Below are positions 48,601-59,967 of a stretch of 64,000 bases of DNA, piece after piece. Origin of the DNA: Klebsormidium nitens (taxonomy: Eukaryota; Plantae; Klebsormidiophyceae); contig DF237214.1 in NCBI GenBank assembly GCA_000708835.1, positions 1-64,000 of the forward strand, given 5' to 3'. The stretch's first letter is position 1. Each line of letters opens with the position of its first letter. The notes below the pieces were generated by a model that was given only the letters and a program-made list of their open reading frames with translations, ran no database searches and was not told where the DNA came from. A program made the position numbers and the translations under genes.

Positions 48601-51600
48601 ACCGGGGAACTGGACGTGGGGGATTTGGATCGGGGGCGTGAAGTGGGGCTGGTTAAGCGCGTTTTGGGTTTGGCTAACTGCGGCGTTTGCAGCGGCGTTG
48701 GCACTTGCGACGACCTGGGACTGTGCGTGCAGGAGCGTGTTGACGGCGTGCTGCTTGGCCGCGGGATCTGTGGCCGCTGCTAGTTGCTGCTGTGCTGCGA
48801 CGGCGCCCATAAGCGCCTGCAAGCGGAAACCGATCTTTCTTATGAACTGGAGCGGTCAGCTTTTCATCCGAAAAAGATCTTGGATCCGCTTACGGAGCTT
48901 GGCTCGTCCGAGATCAAAACGTCTAGGCTTTCCTGTCTGTAAAAAGTTCCAGTCCTCCGCTCAGCATCGGAGGAGGTTGTTGGTAAAGCTATCCAACCCA
49001 GCTTTGAACGATGTTAAGCGAGCATGCTTCTCTCAGCATCTGAATCTACGTTGCTGCATGTTTCCCAACAGAATACGAAGTCTCAGGTATTCCTAGCAGT
49101 ATCCTTCCCTCTGCGCACGCCACCAAATATATTGTGGAGAGCCTGCACGCCATGTGGATCCGTTGATCTGTTTCGATCTTGAGAACAATTTCCTATCAAA
49201 AGAAATGTGCATCTTGACATCACTGCTTGCACGATCTTTTCCACATCATAACGAAAGAATAACAACATTAATCATAAGCTTTCGTACCAACGAAAACAAA
49301 CTTTCCATAGCTTGGCCCCAACTGCCCACCTGTTGCTGTGTCATCAACGCCGCGAGCGCCGCGTTGTTCGCCGCCATCATTTGTTGCAGCGCCATCTGCT
49401 GACCCAACCCAGGGTCTGCATTCTGCTGCAACAGGGGAATCGGAATCGGGTACTGCGCCGCCGGCCCCGGCATCCCTAAATGTGGGGGCGGAAACACCTG
49501 CGCATTCAGCCCCCCGGAAGGTGAAAGCGGCGGCGTCCCGGACTGCGTCCTGCGGTGGGGGGAGTGCGCTCCCCTGGTCAATCCTGGTGGGGGGGACCCC
49601 TGAAACCGAGCAGGAACGGAGTTCGTCCGCACCAGATTTAACCCCCCCCTCCCGGGCCCCTGCCCGCGCCCCCCCATTGGGCTGCGAGTTCGTCGTGGCT
49701 TCCCTTTCCCATCCCCACCCCCAAAATGGTCATAACCTCGGAATGACGTATACGCTCCGATCGGCGCCCAGTCTCCCGGAGACTCCGGCCTACTGAAGAA
49801 ACCGTCTCGGCTCCCTCCCGCCGTGGAGTCGCTCCCTCCCGAGGATGACGTCATCGGCCTCGGGGTGACGTCACCCCCCTCGCTGGACTTTGCCACCCAG
49901 ACCTGCTGGGTAACTTTCTTGTCCTGAGGTTTCTCCGGGGTTAAGGTAACCCAAGCTGGGTCACGCGACACCGTCTTGATCACCTCCCAGTTGATGTCCC
50001 ACGGACGGTTCCGGCTTAACCCGAGCTGACCCGACTTCTTAACCATGGGAACGAGGCAGTACAGTTTGGCCGGATCCCACTCGGCTTCGCTTGGAGGAAG
50101 GCTGAGCTCGAGAACCGTGCTCAGTAGCCGGATGTGTAACTCCTTGAGGAACTTGACCTGAACAAAGCAAAAGAGTGGGTTTGAAATAACCCTGTGACTG
50201 TGTTGGGCATCTGGTTAGGAGATCAAAGAGTAGGTAATACAATTGAGTACAAAGAGCTGGCTGCCAATACCCTACAGATCTAGTAAAGGAACTTGATACT
50301 GGCTGAGGAAGTTCTGTTGAGCAGAATGAAATGGGGATTCGAACGACAACCTGGAGTCTAGAAACGCAACACTCACACTTAGAAGACAGCTTATCTTGCA
50401 CAAAGCTGGACGATGCAAAGAAAGGTGATTGTGGAAGAGGTCTGGATACATCACGGTCAATATGACCTCACGCGTCCAACCCCATTCGACGGCGTTAATG
50501 AATCGAACGAGGGAGTTGGGAAAGCGGATTGTCCAGATAAGTACACTCGAAAGAGCTGCTAAACTTGAAGTAGAGCCGGGAAGCGTTCGCTCACATCTGT
50601 CTGCGCTAGGTGCACCTCCCCGCAGTAGAGCACCCGGGCTGACGTCACCACGTCCTTCTTCACAAAGAGCTCCGTTTCGAGTGCCAGCACATCCCCCTCG
50701 ATCTGCTGCTCCAAAACGAACCCGAAGCTCGTCACGCTCTCATCGCCTTCGAAACCCTCTTCCTCTTCCCCGTCCGCATCTCCCAAGTCCGCACCGCTTT
50801 CCATCCCCGCCGTCTCTAGTTCCTTTCCATCCCATCCCGCTCGTGCATCTTCCTCCATTTTCTCTGCACCCGCTCGCCCTTCCGTTCCAGACTCCATCGC
50901 CCCCCCCTCTTTACCAGCTTGTTCCGAGCCCCCCTCCATGTCAACCCCCTTCTCCAAAGCTTCCCCATCCGTTTTCGCTCCCCTTTTCCGCTTCTTCACG
51001 ATCTGCACCGCATACAGTTGCATCACCGTCTTCTCCCCTTTCTTCCGCTTTTCCAGCACCCACCGGCCCCCGAGCGCTGCCGCCGGCTTCTCCCGATACG
51101 CCCGCCGCTTCACCGGGCCGTCAGCCGGCAGAACAACGTCCCCACTCACAGGGCCTTCCGTTTCCGGAGTGCCCAAGTCTGGCAGCAGCATATCCGTCAA
51201 GGCCCCGTTTTGGTGGAGCTGCTTGCAGGCCTCCAGGCACGCGGCCTGCTGCGCCTTGTGCATGGACTCCTTTTCGGGGCCTTTGACGATCTGGAGGGGG
51301 GCGTTACACGGCAGGTGTAGCTCGCAGGTGTACGTTACACCCCCGCCAGGGACGACACTCTCCTGGACTCGGTACTCCGGTTGAAGCTCGGTGTACCTAT
51401 GAAAAGGGGCAAGTCGCTCAGGTGCCAAGTCGCGTTTTGTCACACTAGATCAAAGGTTGTCTCAAGGGGATAACACGACTCACGGAATTTTGTATCGGAA
51501 GGAGAAGGAAGAGAGGGGCTCAAGTGTTTCCATCGTAAGGAGCAAAGAGAATGCAAGAGCGCCAAGCTCAGTCGTCATAAGGCAGCTTGGAGGTAAGGCA

Positions 51601-54600
51601 GCTTGGAGGTAGTAAAGATCAAGACTATCTCAATAGAGCTGACAGCGATGTAGAAAGAGAAGCGGGAGATACGCTCATAGCGCATCATCGAGCAGCAAGC
51701 GGCAAATCCACCTTTGACTGCCATCAAAGAGAAACCCAATCACCAAGTAAAAGGCAGCAGACAGACCTGCGTAGAAGAGAGCCTCACGAGGTTCCAAAGG
51801 AGCGTAGAGAACGAGTGGGTCGTAAGCTAACCCTTGCGCCTTCAAGATTCAAAGAAGGAAAGAAGACGGTACAAGTGACGGGAATTGCCATGATGAGCTC
51901 ACTTGTCGTGTGGCAGTTTGGAGCAGTAGTAGTTGATCAATTGCACGGCGGAATTCATGCTAACGAGCGCGCCCGTCAGCGGCACCGTGTAGGTCGCGTC
52001 ATCGGGCGCCGGCGCGGGCACCTCAATCGTCATCTCCGACCGTTGGATGGCCTCCCGCCGCATCTTCTCCTCGCTCGAGCGCGCACCCGCTACGTACTCG
52101 TTGTGCTCCGCGTTGTTCCTGCGCGTGCAAGCTCTTTTGAGTTTCAAATTACCCGTTTCGCAGGTTTAGAGATGCCCGAAGTCATATCCTTGGGACTTCG
52201 GTGAGGTTGAGTAACTTAGGAGAGAAAGTCCTTCGCTTTACTCGAGCGCGCGCTCCACATACTTGGCATGCTCTGTTGTCCCCGCAAGCGGAAGTCGTGA
52301 CGGTTTGGTTTTATCCTGATGAGGAGACTGTCGGGACATGGTTGGCCAGAACGGTACAGGGAGTAGTAGACTAATTGGGTCGCGCGCCAGCCACGTACTC
52401 GGCCTGCTCTGCGATTATATCTGCAGACGTAAACGCTGCGGGTTTTGATTCTTCCAAAGTTCAGGCACTTGTTTGTGTAGATAATTTTAGCGAGGTACTC
52501 GGCATGCTCCGCCTCGTCCTGAAAGTGCAAGCGTTGAGGGGTTTTAAGGGTTTCTGGAAACGACTCTGTCGGAAAATCAGGCATCGAGGCTGAAATCCCG
52601 CAACCGAGAAGGCCAACAAGCTAGAGCAAAACGGATTCAAATCACCTCAAGCAAACCACTGCCTGGGCCTTCTCTTTGAGAGCCCAAGGCTTTCCAACCG
52701 GACACAAGAAGCTCCAATCACGTCCCCGAGAAAATCACAGTAAGAATCAGAAAACCTGAAGCTCCAGAGCTCAACTCGTCCTACCTTTCGACCATGAGCA
52801 CATAGTCCGACCCCGGCCGTCGCGCCCGCCCCCGGCTCTGAATGTACCCACAGACCGTCTTCGCCAGGTCAAACCGGATCACGGAATGACACGCCTGGAT
52901 GTCCAAACCCTCTTCGGCCACCGACGTCGCAATCAGGAGCGTGACGTGCCCTGCCCTGAAGTTGTCAATGACTTCCTGTTGGTCTCGGGACTTCATGTGT
53001 TGATTGGCGTGGCCGATGAGCGCGCAGCAGACTAGAAAGCGGAGGGAGGGCAATTCCAGCATAAGGCTCGGGAGGACCTGCGAAAGGAGGGGCGGTTTAG
53101 CGATTTGACAATGAGCTCTAAGAAGAGTATTTGAAGTGCCTTCGTGATCACTTCAAGAAGCCTCAATTGAGTTTCTGGAAATTTCATGAGTTCCTTTGTT
53201 GGTCGGCATTACCAATGAGCACGCAGCAGACCAGAAAGCGGAGGGACGAGAGCTCCAGCATGAGGCTCGGCAACACCTGAAAGGGCCGTGGCTTCAGATT
53301 TCGTCGGCCTTTCCAAGTTCTAGGATTTCGACAAGCAGAAGTGGTAACTGGGGCCCGGGTCTTTTGGGCAACGACAAGCACCGTCTCAGAGCCCCTTCCA
53401 AGTTGGTGTCATAGGCGCGACTTGTGAGAAGGTACGAGCATTTGAGAGTCTTTCCTTTGGCAAACAGGTTTGCACATCAACTCTCGTGACACTCAAAGGC
53501 ACTCGCCAAACACCTTCCCGACGAAACGCATGCAGGTACACACTCTGCATACCCACCCCTGGATGATCCGGTCCGCAAAGGCGGATTGCTCTCCCTTCTG
53601 ATTCTGCGTGAATCGCGACAACTCACCTTCGCCGTTGCAATGCGCTCCACAAATACAATGCACCGGAAGTCTTCCGCATCGCCCCTGTACTCCAGGAGCG
53701 TCCGCACTAGCGCCTGCACCTTCGGACTGACCAGCCCGTCCTTCACCGCCCCCCCCAGAATCGGGTCAGAATGGTCCCCCCCGGGCCGGTTCTGCGCCTC
53801 CTCGGGGGATCCCCCGGAAGCTTCCGAAAGCGCCGGCCCCTCTTGTAAAGTGCACCGGAGGAGTTTGACGGCGCTTCGAAGATAGGCCAGCTGGACCTCG
53901 CGCTGTTCCGGGTCGCCTGGCGGGGCCGAACCGGGCAGTGGGTCTTGCTCGGAGACCTTCTTGAGGTATCGCTTGGCCACCTAAGAAAGGAGCCCAATTT
54001 CTATATCAAACAGTAAAACGGGTATGCTGAAACAGGTGCATGAGGTCTCGGCCATTTGTATTGCGAGAGGACTGACCTTCGTCGCAGGCCTCCTTTTTGT
54101 CGGGGAACTCTAGGACGGAAGGTCGTGAAAAGGGGTTTCTTCGGCATTTTATCCAAGCGGATTGGACGACTTCCGGCCTGCTGTTCTTACCAACGACACT
54201 TCACAAAGAAGGCTCGTAAAAAAAGAGCTCTATGGCGATTGTATCGAAGGGGTTTGGAAAACTTCCATCCTGCTGTTCTTACCAACCACCTCAAGGCAGT
54301 CGAAGACAAGACCGTGAATCCGCGACGGTGGACCGACAGGGTTCGGCACTAACCTTGTACGCAAACCACTGGCCCAACTCGTCGAGCACGTACAGGATCG
54401 ACCCCAGCTTCTGCAGCAGCGTCGTCGACTTGCCCCCCTCTTCCCGTTTCTTCCAATACAGCATCCTACCCTCCCGACTTTTCCCACTCTCCTTTTCCCC
54501 CCTGCTACCAGAATCCTCTACCGAACCGTCTCCTGACATATTCCCGGTCAATCCGGACCCCCCCGCTTCATCCACCTCCATATTTTCCACCCCTCCTTTC

Positions 54601-57600
54601 TCTTCCGGCCCGTCTTGCCCCTCTTTCTTCTCCCCCACTGCGGCCTCCTCCGGCTTCTCTTCCGGGTGGGCAGTCGGGACCGCCACCCACTTCCTCTTCT
54701 TCCCCCCTGTTGGACTCGCTTTCTCAACCTCCTGCATAAGCGCCTCTAGCTCCGCCCGTATTGAGTATTTCACTAAGGGGGGGTCGTACTCGACGATCCG
54801 CTCGTGGGGGGTCGGAACGAACTGGTCCAGGACCCCCCGGTCCTGGATGGTGCACACCCGGGCGTCGAGCTTTACTTCCAAGCTCCGTAGCTTGTATGCG
54901 CAATCCTCCTGAGAGGAGACACCTGGCGATGGACGAAACAAGGATTGAGATAAGTTGGAATGATTTTCCGCTGATTGGAACCGGGAAAGAAGAACAGATT
55001 TAGCGAGCCCGTATGGAGACAATGAAAGCCCACTTTTCCAAAGGCCCTTTCGCGTTTCGTGCCTTCTCAAAACCTTTATTGATCCTTACAAAAAGTGATA
55101 CACGAAGTCTCAAATCCAAACTAGCAAACTGCATTTCTCATTTTGAAGCTCGCGTTTCCGGGCGTTAGCATGCGAACATGCGAAACCGTATCCTACTTGC
55201 GATACTCGAGGGGGAGTCGACTCGGATTGCCTCATTATGACGTTGACAAGGGCTTGTCCGCACCAAGACTATTTCGAAACTTACGGTCTATCTCTTCTTC
55301 GACACAGATTGCAAAACAGCGAAATAGACAGCGGGATTTCAAGGGTCAGGCCGTCATTGATATCATACCATCGTGTAAACAATACAAACTGCTCACCCTT
55401 GAGGTTGACGGGCGATGCCGTCATCCCGAAGATGGCGGGTCGCTGGTCGGGCGGCGCAGGATGGTACGCCTCCTCCATGATAAGGCTGTACGGATGCTTC
55501 TTGACGGCGTGGTGACACTCGTCGAGAATGAGCAGGCCGACTGCGCTCATCTTGAGAAAACTGTGGCGCAGGATGTTCAGGAAGATCTGGGCCGTCATGA
55601 CCAGAACCTGCGGTTATGCGGTGAATCTGAATGTTAGTGATAGGAACTTTCTTGTGGCAAGAAGGACAAGCTGAGAGAGTTGCCCCACTTGTCGAGAACT
55701 AATAGGCTGACTGCGCTCATCTTGAGGAAGCTGTGGCGCGGGATGTTCAGGAAGATCTGGGCCGTCATCACTAACCCTGCAAAGAGATGCGGCGGTTCAA
55801 TGCTAGAAAGTCTCTCGAACAGAGGGAGGATCTGCTGAATAAGTGTAGGCACTCGTCCAGGATTAGCAGGCCGGCTGACGATTGTCTTGAACGGACTTTG
55901 GGGCAGAAGGTTTAGGAAGAACTGGGCCGTCATTACTAGCACCTGCAAAGAAGGGCGGTGATGTTACGGTTTGGTGCTACATGGTCTCCTGGCAGCAAAA
56001 AAACGAGGTGGCGCCACGCGTTCAGGATCCGGGCCGTCATCACCAGCAAATCGTAAGAGATGCTGTGGATCCCACGTGCAAGTTCTACGAAGGACTTTTG
56101 TTCCGAGAGACAACCTGGTTATCAAATGGCGGCTCTACTTACCCAAGAATCCATGTGAGTGACACAGATAGAAGTAAAGGTGGTTGCAGACGACGGGAAT
56201 TATCTAAAGGCACACGAGTTCGACACACTTGCAGCATTCTTGCAGGCTGTGAAGCTGGCCTACTAAAGAAAACTTATTTGTGCTAGAAGCTGTCTGACCC
56301 ACTTCGTTGTAACAATGCCCCCTTGGTTCTGTGATGAGAGATGCTCGCTCTGACAGACCAACTGCTCTTAAAAGATGGTGACAAGATCTAAACCTTTAGG
56401 TCACCTGGCCCACAGCCAATAACCAAGAAGGTCTTGAACTAACCCACCTCGTTCTCTTCGAATTCCTTAAGCCACGTGGCCTGGTCCCAAAAGTCGACGC
56501 CCATCTCCCCACAGTAGTGCCCCACCTTGAGCCCCGTGTTCACACGCACCACATCGGATTGCTGCAGAGGACATATTGAGAGGTGACATGAATATTTGGT
56601 TCTGCCACCTCCCCTCCTTCCAGGACACTAGAGGCAGCCACAACGTCCAGCATGAGAAGGGTTTCTCATACTTTGGCTGCTTGCGAGCAGAATTGGATAC
56701 TCCATTTACTCTTCTATTACGGTATCCCGTCGGCAAATTGATTTCATGTCCCACAGTGTGTACCTTAAAGACGTAATCACGGCGCTTCCTTCTCACGACA
56801 TCAGCCTTGAATGCCAAGCAGTTGGGTGAATCTGTGTCCACATAAACGTTTGAGTGACAATACGATTCAGGCTGTAGCTATCACCCTGTGTCCCCAGGCT
56901 TACCACCTTCCACCGACAGTGACTCATTCTAGTTCAAGCCCTAATAACCTTTGGCACTATGCTCACCTGATACACGAGCGGAATCTTGGGGACCAGAAAC
57001 ACCGACAGTTTCTTCTTGCCTTGCTGCCTGAACTCCTCTGCCTTCTCCTTGATCAGCATAACCTGCAGTGGTGGTAGCAAGCGGCTGACGGCTGTTTGAC
57101 CGAACTTCGACTGATACTTGAAGTCAGAAAAGAGGTGCCAATAATTTGAAGCAAGTAGTTTACTTCACATTGTGAGGTGCTTCAATTGGGGTCCTGTACT
57201 TGTTAAAGGCATTCGCATTGATATAATTATCCTCCACGGACTGCCTTGACTTCTTAGACTTTCTGTGAACGTTTCATTCCGCCACCTCACAACTAAAGTT
57301 GGGGGTTGGTCTTTGGAATGTGGGAAGAACGTTGGCCCCCAGAACGTTCGCTTGATCTATGATAAGATATCTTGCATAACCTGCGGGCCTCGTTTGTCTA
57401 GAGAGCAAAATCCCCGAAATCTGGGGCTGAAAGCGACAGATAAGACAGACAGGAGGCAGAGGAAGTGAAGGAGCAGGCGACGATCACTATATTTGTGATT
57501 TCTGTAGCACTATGTTGAGGGTGCTTTTTGTTGCTGACACAAGAATTTTCTATAGGGAACTGTGTGAATCAAAGCCTGCTAGGATCTGAGTCGCTCAGTT

Positions 57601-58854
57601 GAGCTTTGTTTCTGAAGGCGACCACTGTTAGAAGCACTCTACATCGCACCGGACTTGTCAAGTAGATGCAAACCAAGAGCTGTTGGGGTAGAGTGTTGTC
57701 ATGGGAAAAAAATGAATTGAACGACTGTCACCAATAGAAAAGATTGGAGGAAAAGTATGACTGACCGCAATCAACGTCTTGCCGCTCCCCGTTTCAAGGA
57801 ATGCAATCGTGTTCTCCTTCCTCGCCTGCGCCAGCACCTCCAGCTGATAGCTCCGCGCCACCTCACTTAGCGGCCGAGTGCCTTCCTCAGAATCAGTGCT
57901 CCGCTCAGACCCAACGTCCCCTGCCGGGGCACCCATTTCTATATCGGAGCCCTTCTCCTCCGAAAGAGGAACGTTGTCTGGGAGTGATACATCAGAGTCA
58001 GAGCGTTGAGTTTCTCCCAAATCCTCGTCTGAGACTGCGGCCGGCGAAGCAGACTGCAACTTTTGTTTGACAGGGTCCGCTGCTGGAGTAGTTGGGGCGC
58101 CGGTGCTGTCTCTTACAGCCACACCTAGTCGCTCAGGACTGCCCAAGTTCATCTCTAAACCCCCGTCCCCTTGCCCTTCTCCACGGCCCGCCGGGGCATC
58201 AAACTCAAACGACGAGCGCATTCCTTCCCCCTGATCCACCTGCATTCTGCTTGCACTTCCCACCACACTAAACCTTCCCGCCTCTTGGCCGCCACTTGGT
58301 CTATCTTCTATTCTGTCGGCGCCCCTCATGCCACCCAGATCTTCCTCGTTCTGCAACTTTTCATTGTCCTCCGGAAGATCTGACGGTGCGCCTGGTGACC
58401 CGAACCCTGGCGCCGCCGCGCTCCCATCCCCACTGTTACCAGCCACAGGAGATTTAGTCGGCCAGATCCTTGCAGGCGAGGTATCCTGCAGCTCTTTGGA
58501 AGTTTCATTTCCTGGGTCCGCATTCAAGCTTGCACCTACTTCCAGCGAAACTCCCTTCCGAACGCTCCCGTCACTGCTTGCATCCATCGTTCGATTCTGT
58601 TGGCTCCTTCCCCCAGATATGAAGGCAGCTCTCCCAAAACCCTCCGCTCTATGGGGGTTGGATTTCACTTGCACCGGCCCCCCCAAATGCACCTCAGTTC
58701 CGTCGCCAGCAAAAGGATGGACCCGGCCCCCCGGCCGCCTCGCCGTTCCTTTCGCAGGCACCCCTTTCTCCGAAGGGAGCCTCACTTCACGATCGCTGAG
58801 CCCATTGGAACTGGCGCCCGCTGAGTCACCGCTCGGGCGCGCACTTCCACCCAT
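39663..58854 (-). CDS. DCL1: Dicer-like 1 type endoribonuclease (DExH helicase, HelicC, DUF283, platform, PAZ, RNase IIIa, RNase IIIb, 2 dsRBD); spans an assembly gap
   Basis: Helicase: [54 protein letters not shown]: [17 protein letters not shown]. RNase IIIa: [14 protein letters not shown] and [14 protein letters not shown]. RNase IIIb: [13 protein letters not shown] and [14 protein letters not shown]. The terminal ds[36 protein letters not shown] is characteristic of plant DCL1. Confidence 0.93.
40964..41021 (-). repeat. Intronic copy of the DCL1 dsRBD1 exon acceptor plus exon start
   Basis: 37 nt (40983-41019) are identical to 40888-40924. The copy keeps a TAG acceptor and lies 95 bp upstream of the real CAG. 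Confidence 0.9.
41760..42135 (-). repeat. Three intronic copies of the DCL1 RNase IIIb exon 3' end plus donor
   Basis: The real end is [14 protein letters not shown]|GTGGG (junction 42221/42220). Copies: [14 protein letters not shown]|GCAGG (42084), [14 protein letters not shown]|GTGGG (41957) and [13 protein letters not shown]|GTGGG (41799). Confidence 0.88.
43125..43215 (-). repeat. Decayed intronic copy of a DCL1 exon 3' end (ALTH motif) plus donor
   Basis: The copy reads [20 protein letters not shown]|GTGAC versus the real [20 protein letters not shown]|GTAAG. The shared TGCGTCAGCGCCT is offset by 214 bp. Confidence 0.7.
43694..43723. repeat. (CGAAGC)5 microsatellite in a DCL1 intron
   Basis: Direct reading of five hexamer units. 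Confidence 0.9.
44755..44929. other. Assembly gap (175 N) inside the DCL1 RNase IIIa coding region
   Basis: Run of N. Confidence 1.
45290..45895 (-). repeat. Four tandem decayed copies of the DCL1 RNase IIIa exon acceptor plus first ~100 nt
   Basis: The real exon starts at 45226 ([31 protein letters not shown]). Copies start at 45395 (..[20 protein letters not shown]), 45562 (frameshifted), 45729 ([31 protein letters not shown]) and 45887 ([31 protein letters not shown]). Confidence 0.92.
51578..51609. repeat. 16-bp tandem duplication in a DCL1 intron
   Basis: TAAGGCAGCTTGGAGG occurs twice in tandem. Confidence 0.85.
52235..52540 (-). repeat. Three decayed intronic copies of the start of the DCL1 exon beginning at 52118
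   Basis: The real start reads [18 protein letters not shown]. Copies read ..[24 protein letters not shown] and CAG|[11 protein letters not shown] (with the GCTTGCAC intron tail). Confidence 0.7.
53185..53290 (-). repeat. Intronic copy of the DCL1 HelicC exon acceptor plus start
   Basis: The copy CAG|[30 protein letters not shown] (start 53276) matches the real CAG|[30 protein letters not shown] (start 53077). Confidence 0.88.
54158..54295. repeat. Two diverged ~45-bp direct repeats within a DCL1 intron
   Basis: CTTCC..CCTGCTGTTCTTACCAAC.AC occurs at ~54168 and ~54262. Confidence 0.7.
55685..56052 (-). repeat. Three decayed intronic copies of the DCL1 DExH exon acceptor plus start
   Basis: The real CAG|[30 protein letters not shown] starts at 55607. 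Copies start at 55776 ([29 protein letters not shown], shifted by -1 so the acceptor leads to an immediate stop), 55942 (CAG|[19 protein letters not shown]) and ~56050 (LVMTARILN). Confidence 0.88.
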
Positions 58855-59967
58855 AGCTGCAGCAATGCGCGCACGGCATTCTTCACACTTCAGAGCCCGC
58901 CATTGCTTTGATGCTACTAGAATCCGACCCCAGGTGCCCTGGGCCTTGAATGAGAAGAAGACCAGAAGTGGCAACAAGGAACCTCAAGATCGCCATTCTG
59001 CACTGCAGAGGGAAAGTGCAATGCCGCATATGGCGCCATCTTGTGCAGGTTGATTGATGAGTCAGAAGCGAACTAGGCTTCGCCGCTTCGGTTGTTTGTG
59101 CTCAAACCTGATTGGGTGGCGATGACGTACGGTCCAGATACGAACTGGTGCCGAGAACAATGATTCGCTGTCGGTAGCACCGTTTCGATCCCGAGTGCCC
59201 GGCGGGTAGCCTCCGAGAGCCTCTCAAAATGGCGGACAAAAGCAGGCTAGCTTAACTATATTTAACTAAGGGCACGCTGACGCGGGATTCCTGGAACCAA
59301 ATCACTAACCAGATTGTATGACATACCACGTGACCCGGAGGTACTCGGGACGGATTGACTTTGAAGTGGAACACTCCGCCGGCATCTAAACCTGACGCCG
59401 TAAAATGAGGGCAATCGGGCCAATCAGAGGGCTTTCCGACAAGAGATTTTGTCGTACACGCAACCAACCTTTGCCGTCGGATTGGAAAGGAGGTTCACCA
59501 TCGTACGCTTGCGCATAAGGGGAGTACATTCGTCACAGCACCAACGCCGTGCAGATTCAGCACATGGCGGCCCAGCTGTGGCTACGCGAACATCATTTTG
59601 AAGAGCTAGGGTAGCATCATTCAGCCGAAGCCTATTCGAGCAAGGCATTGAACGTCTGAACAACGTAGTGGTATCCCTACATACAAGGAGTCTCGACACG
59701 TTATTCAGTAGAGCTTTTACAAGTCACATTGCCTTATTGAAATGATCCATAATCCTGCACAAGGTTCACGAGCATAGTTTTGCTACGGTTTGCAGCCCTC
59801 GTGTCCAATCCAACGGTGCATTGACCCGTCATAGCAGAATCTAGAGAACCGAGTTACAAATATAGCAACATTTACGGAATATAAGTTACAGACTTTCACT
59901 CACATGACTGTGCAGCAAATTGTATTTGGGAATCATTACTCTACACCATAGTACACAGCCCCTAAGA

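Noticed and set aside
39663-58854. Intronic miRNA hairpin in DCL1, as known in some land plants
   Set aside because: By eye only a 9-bp stem (41133-41158) was seen and the echoes are direct, not inverted, repeats. A folding scan plus small-RNA data would be needed to exclude one.
18825-58854. Functional cluster of RNA-silencing and decay genes (SOP1-like plus DCL1)
   Set aside because: They are separated by an unrelated gene, and adjacency of two genes in a eukaryote is not evidence of clustering without synteny data.
17384-59053. Many long shadow ORFs (e.g. 17384-17899 +, 20857-21504 -, 50429-51286 +, 54232-54912 +, 58328-59053 +)
   Set aside because: They are antisense or alternate frames of GC-rich real exons and have no independent motifs or splice support.
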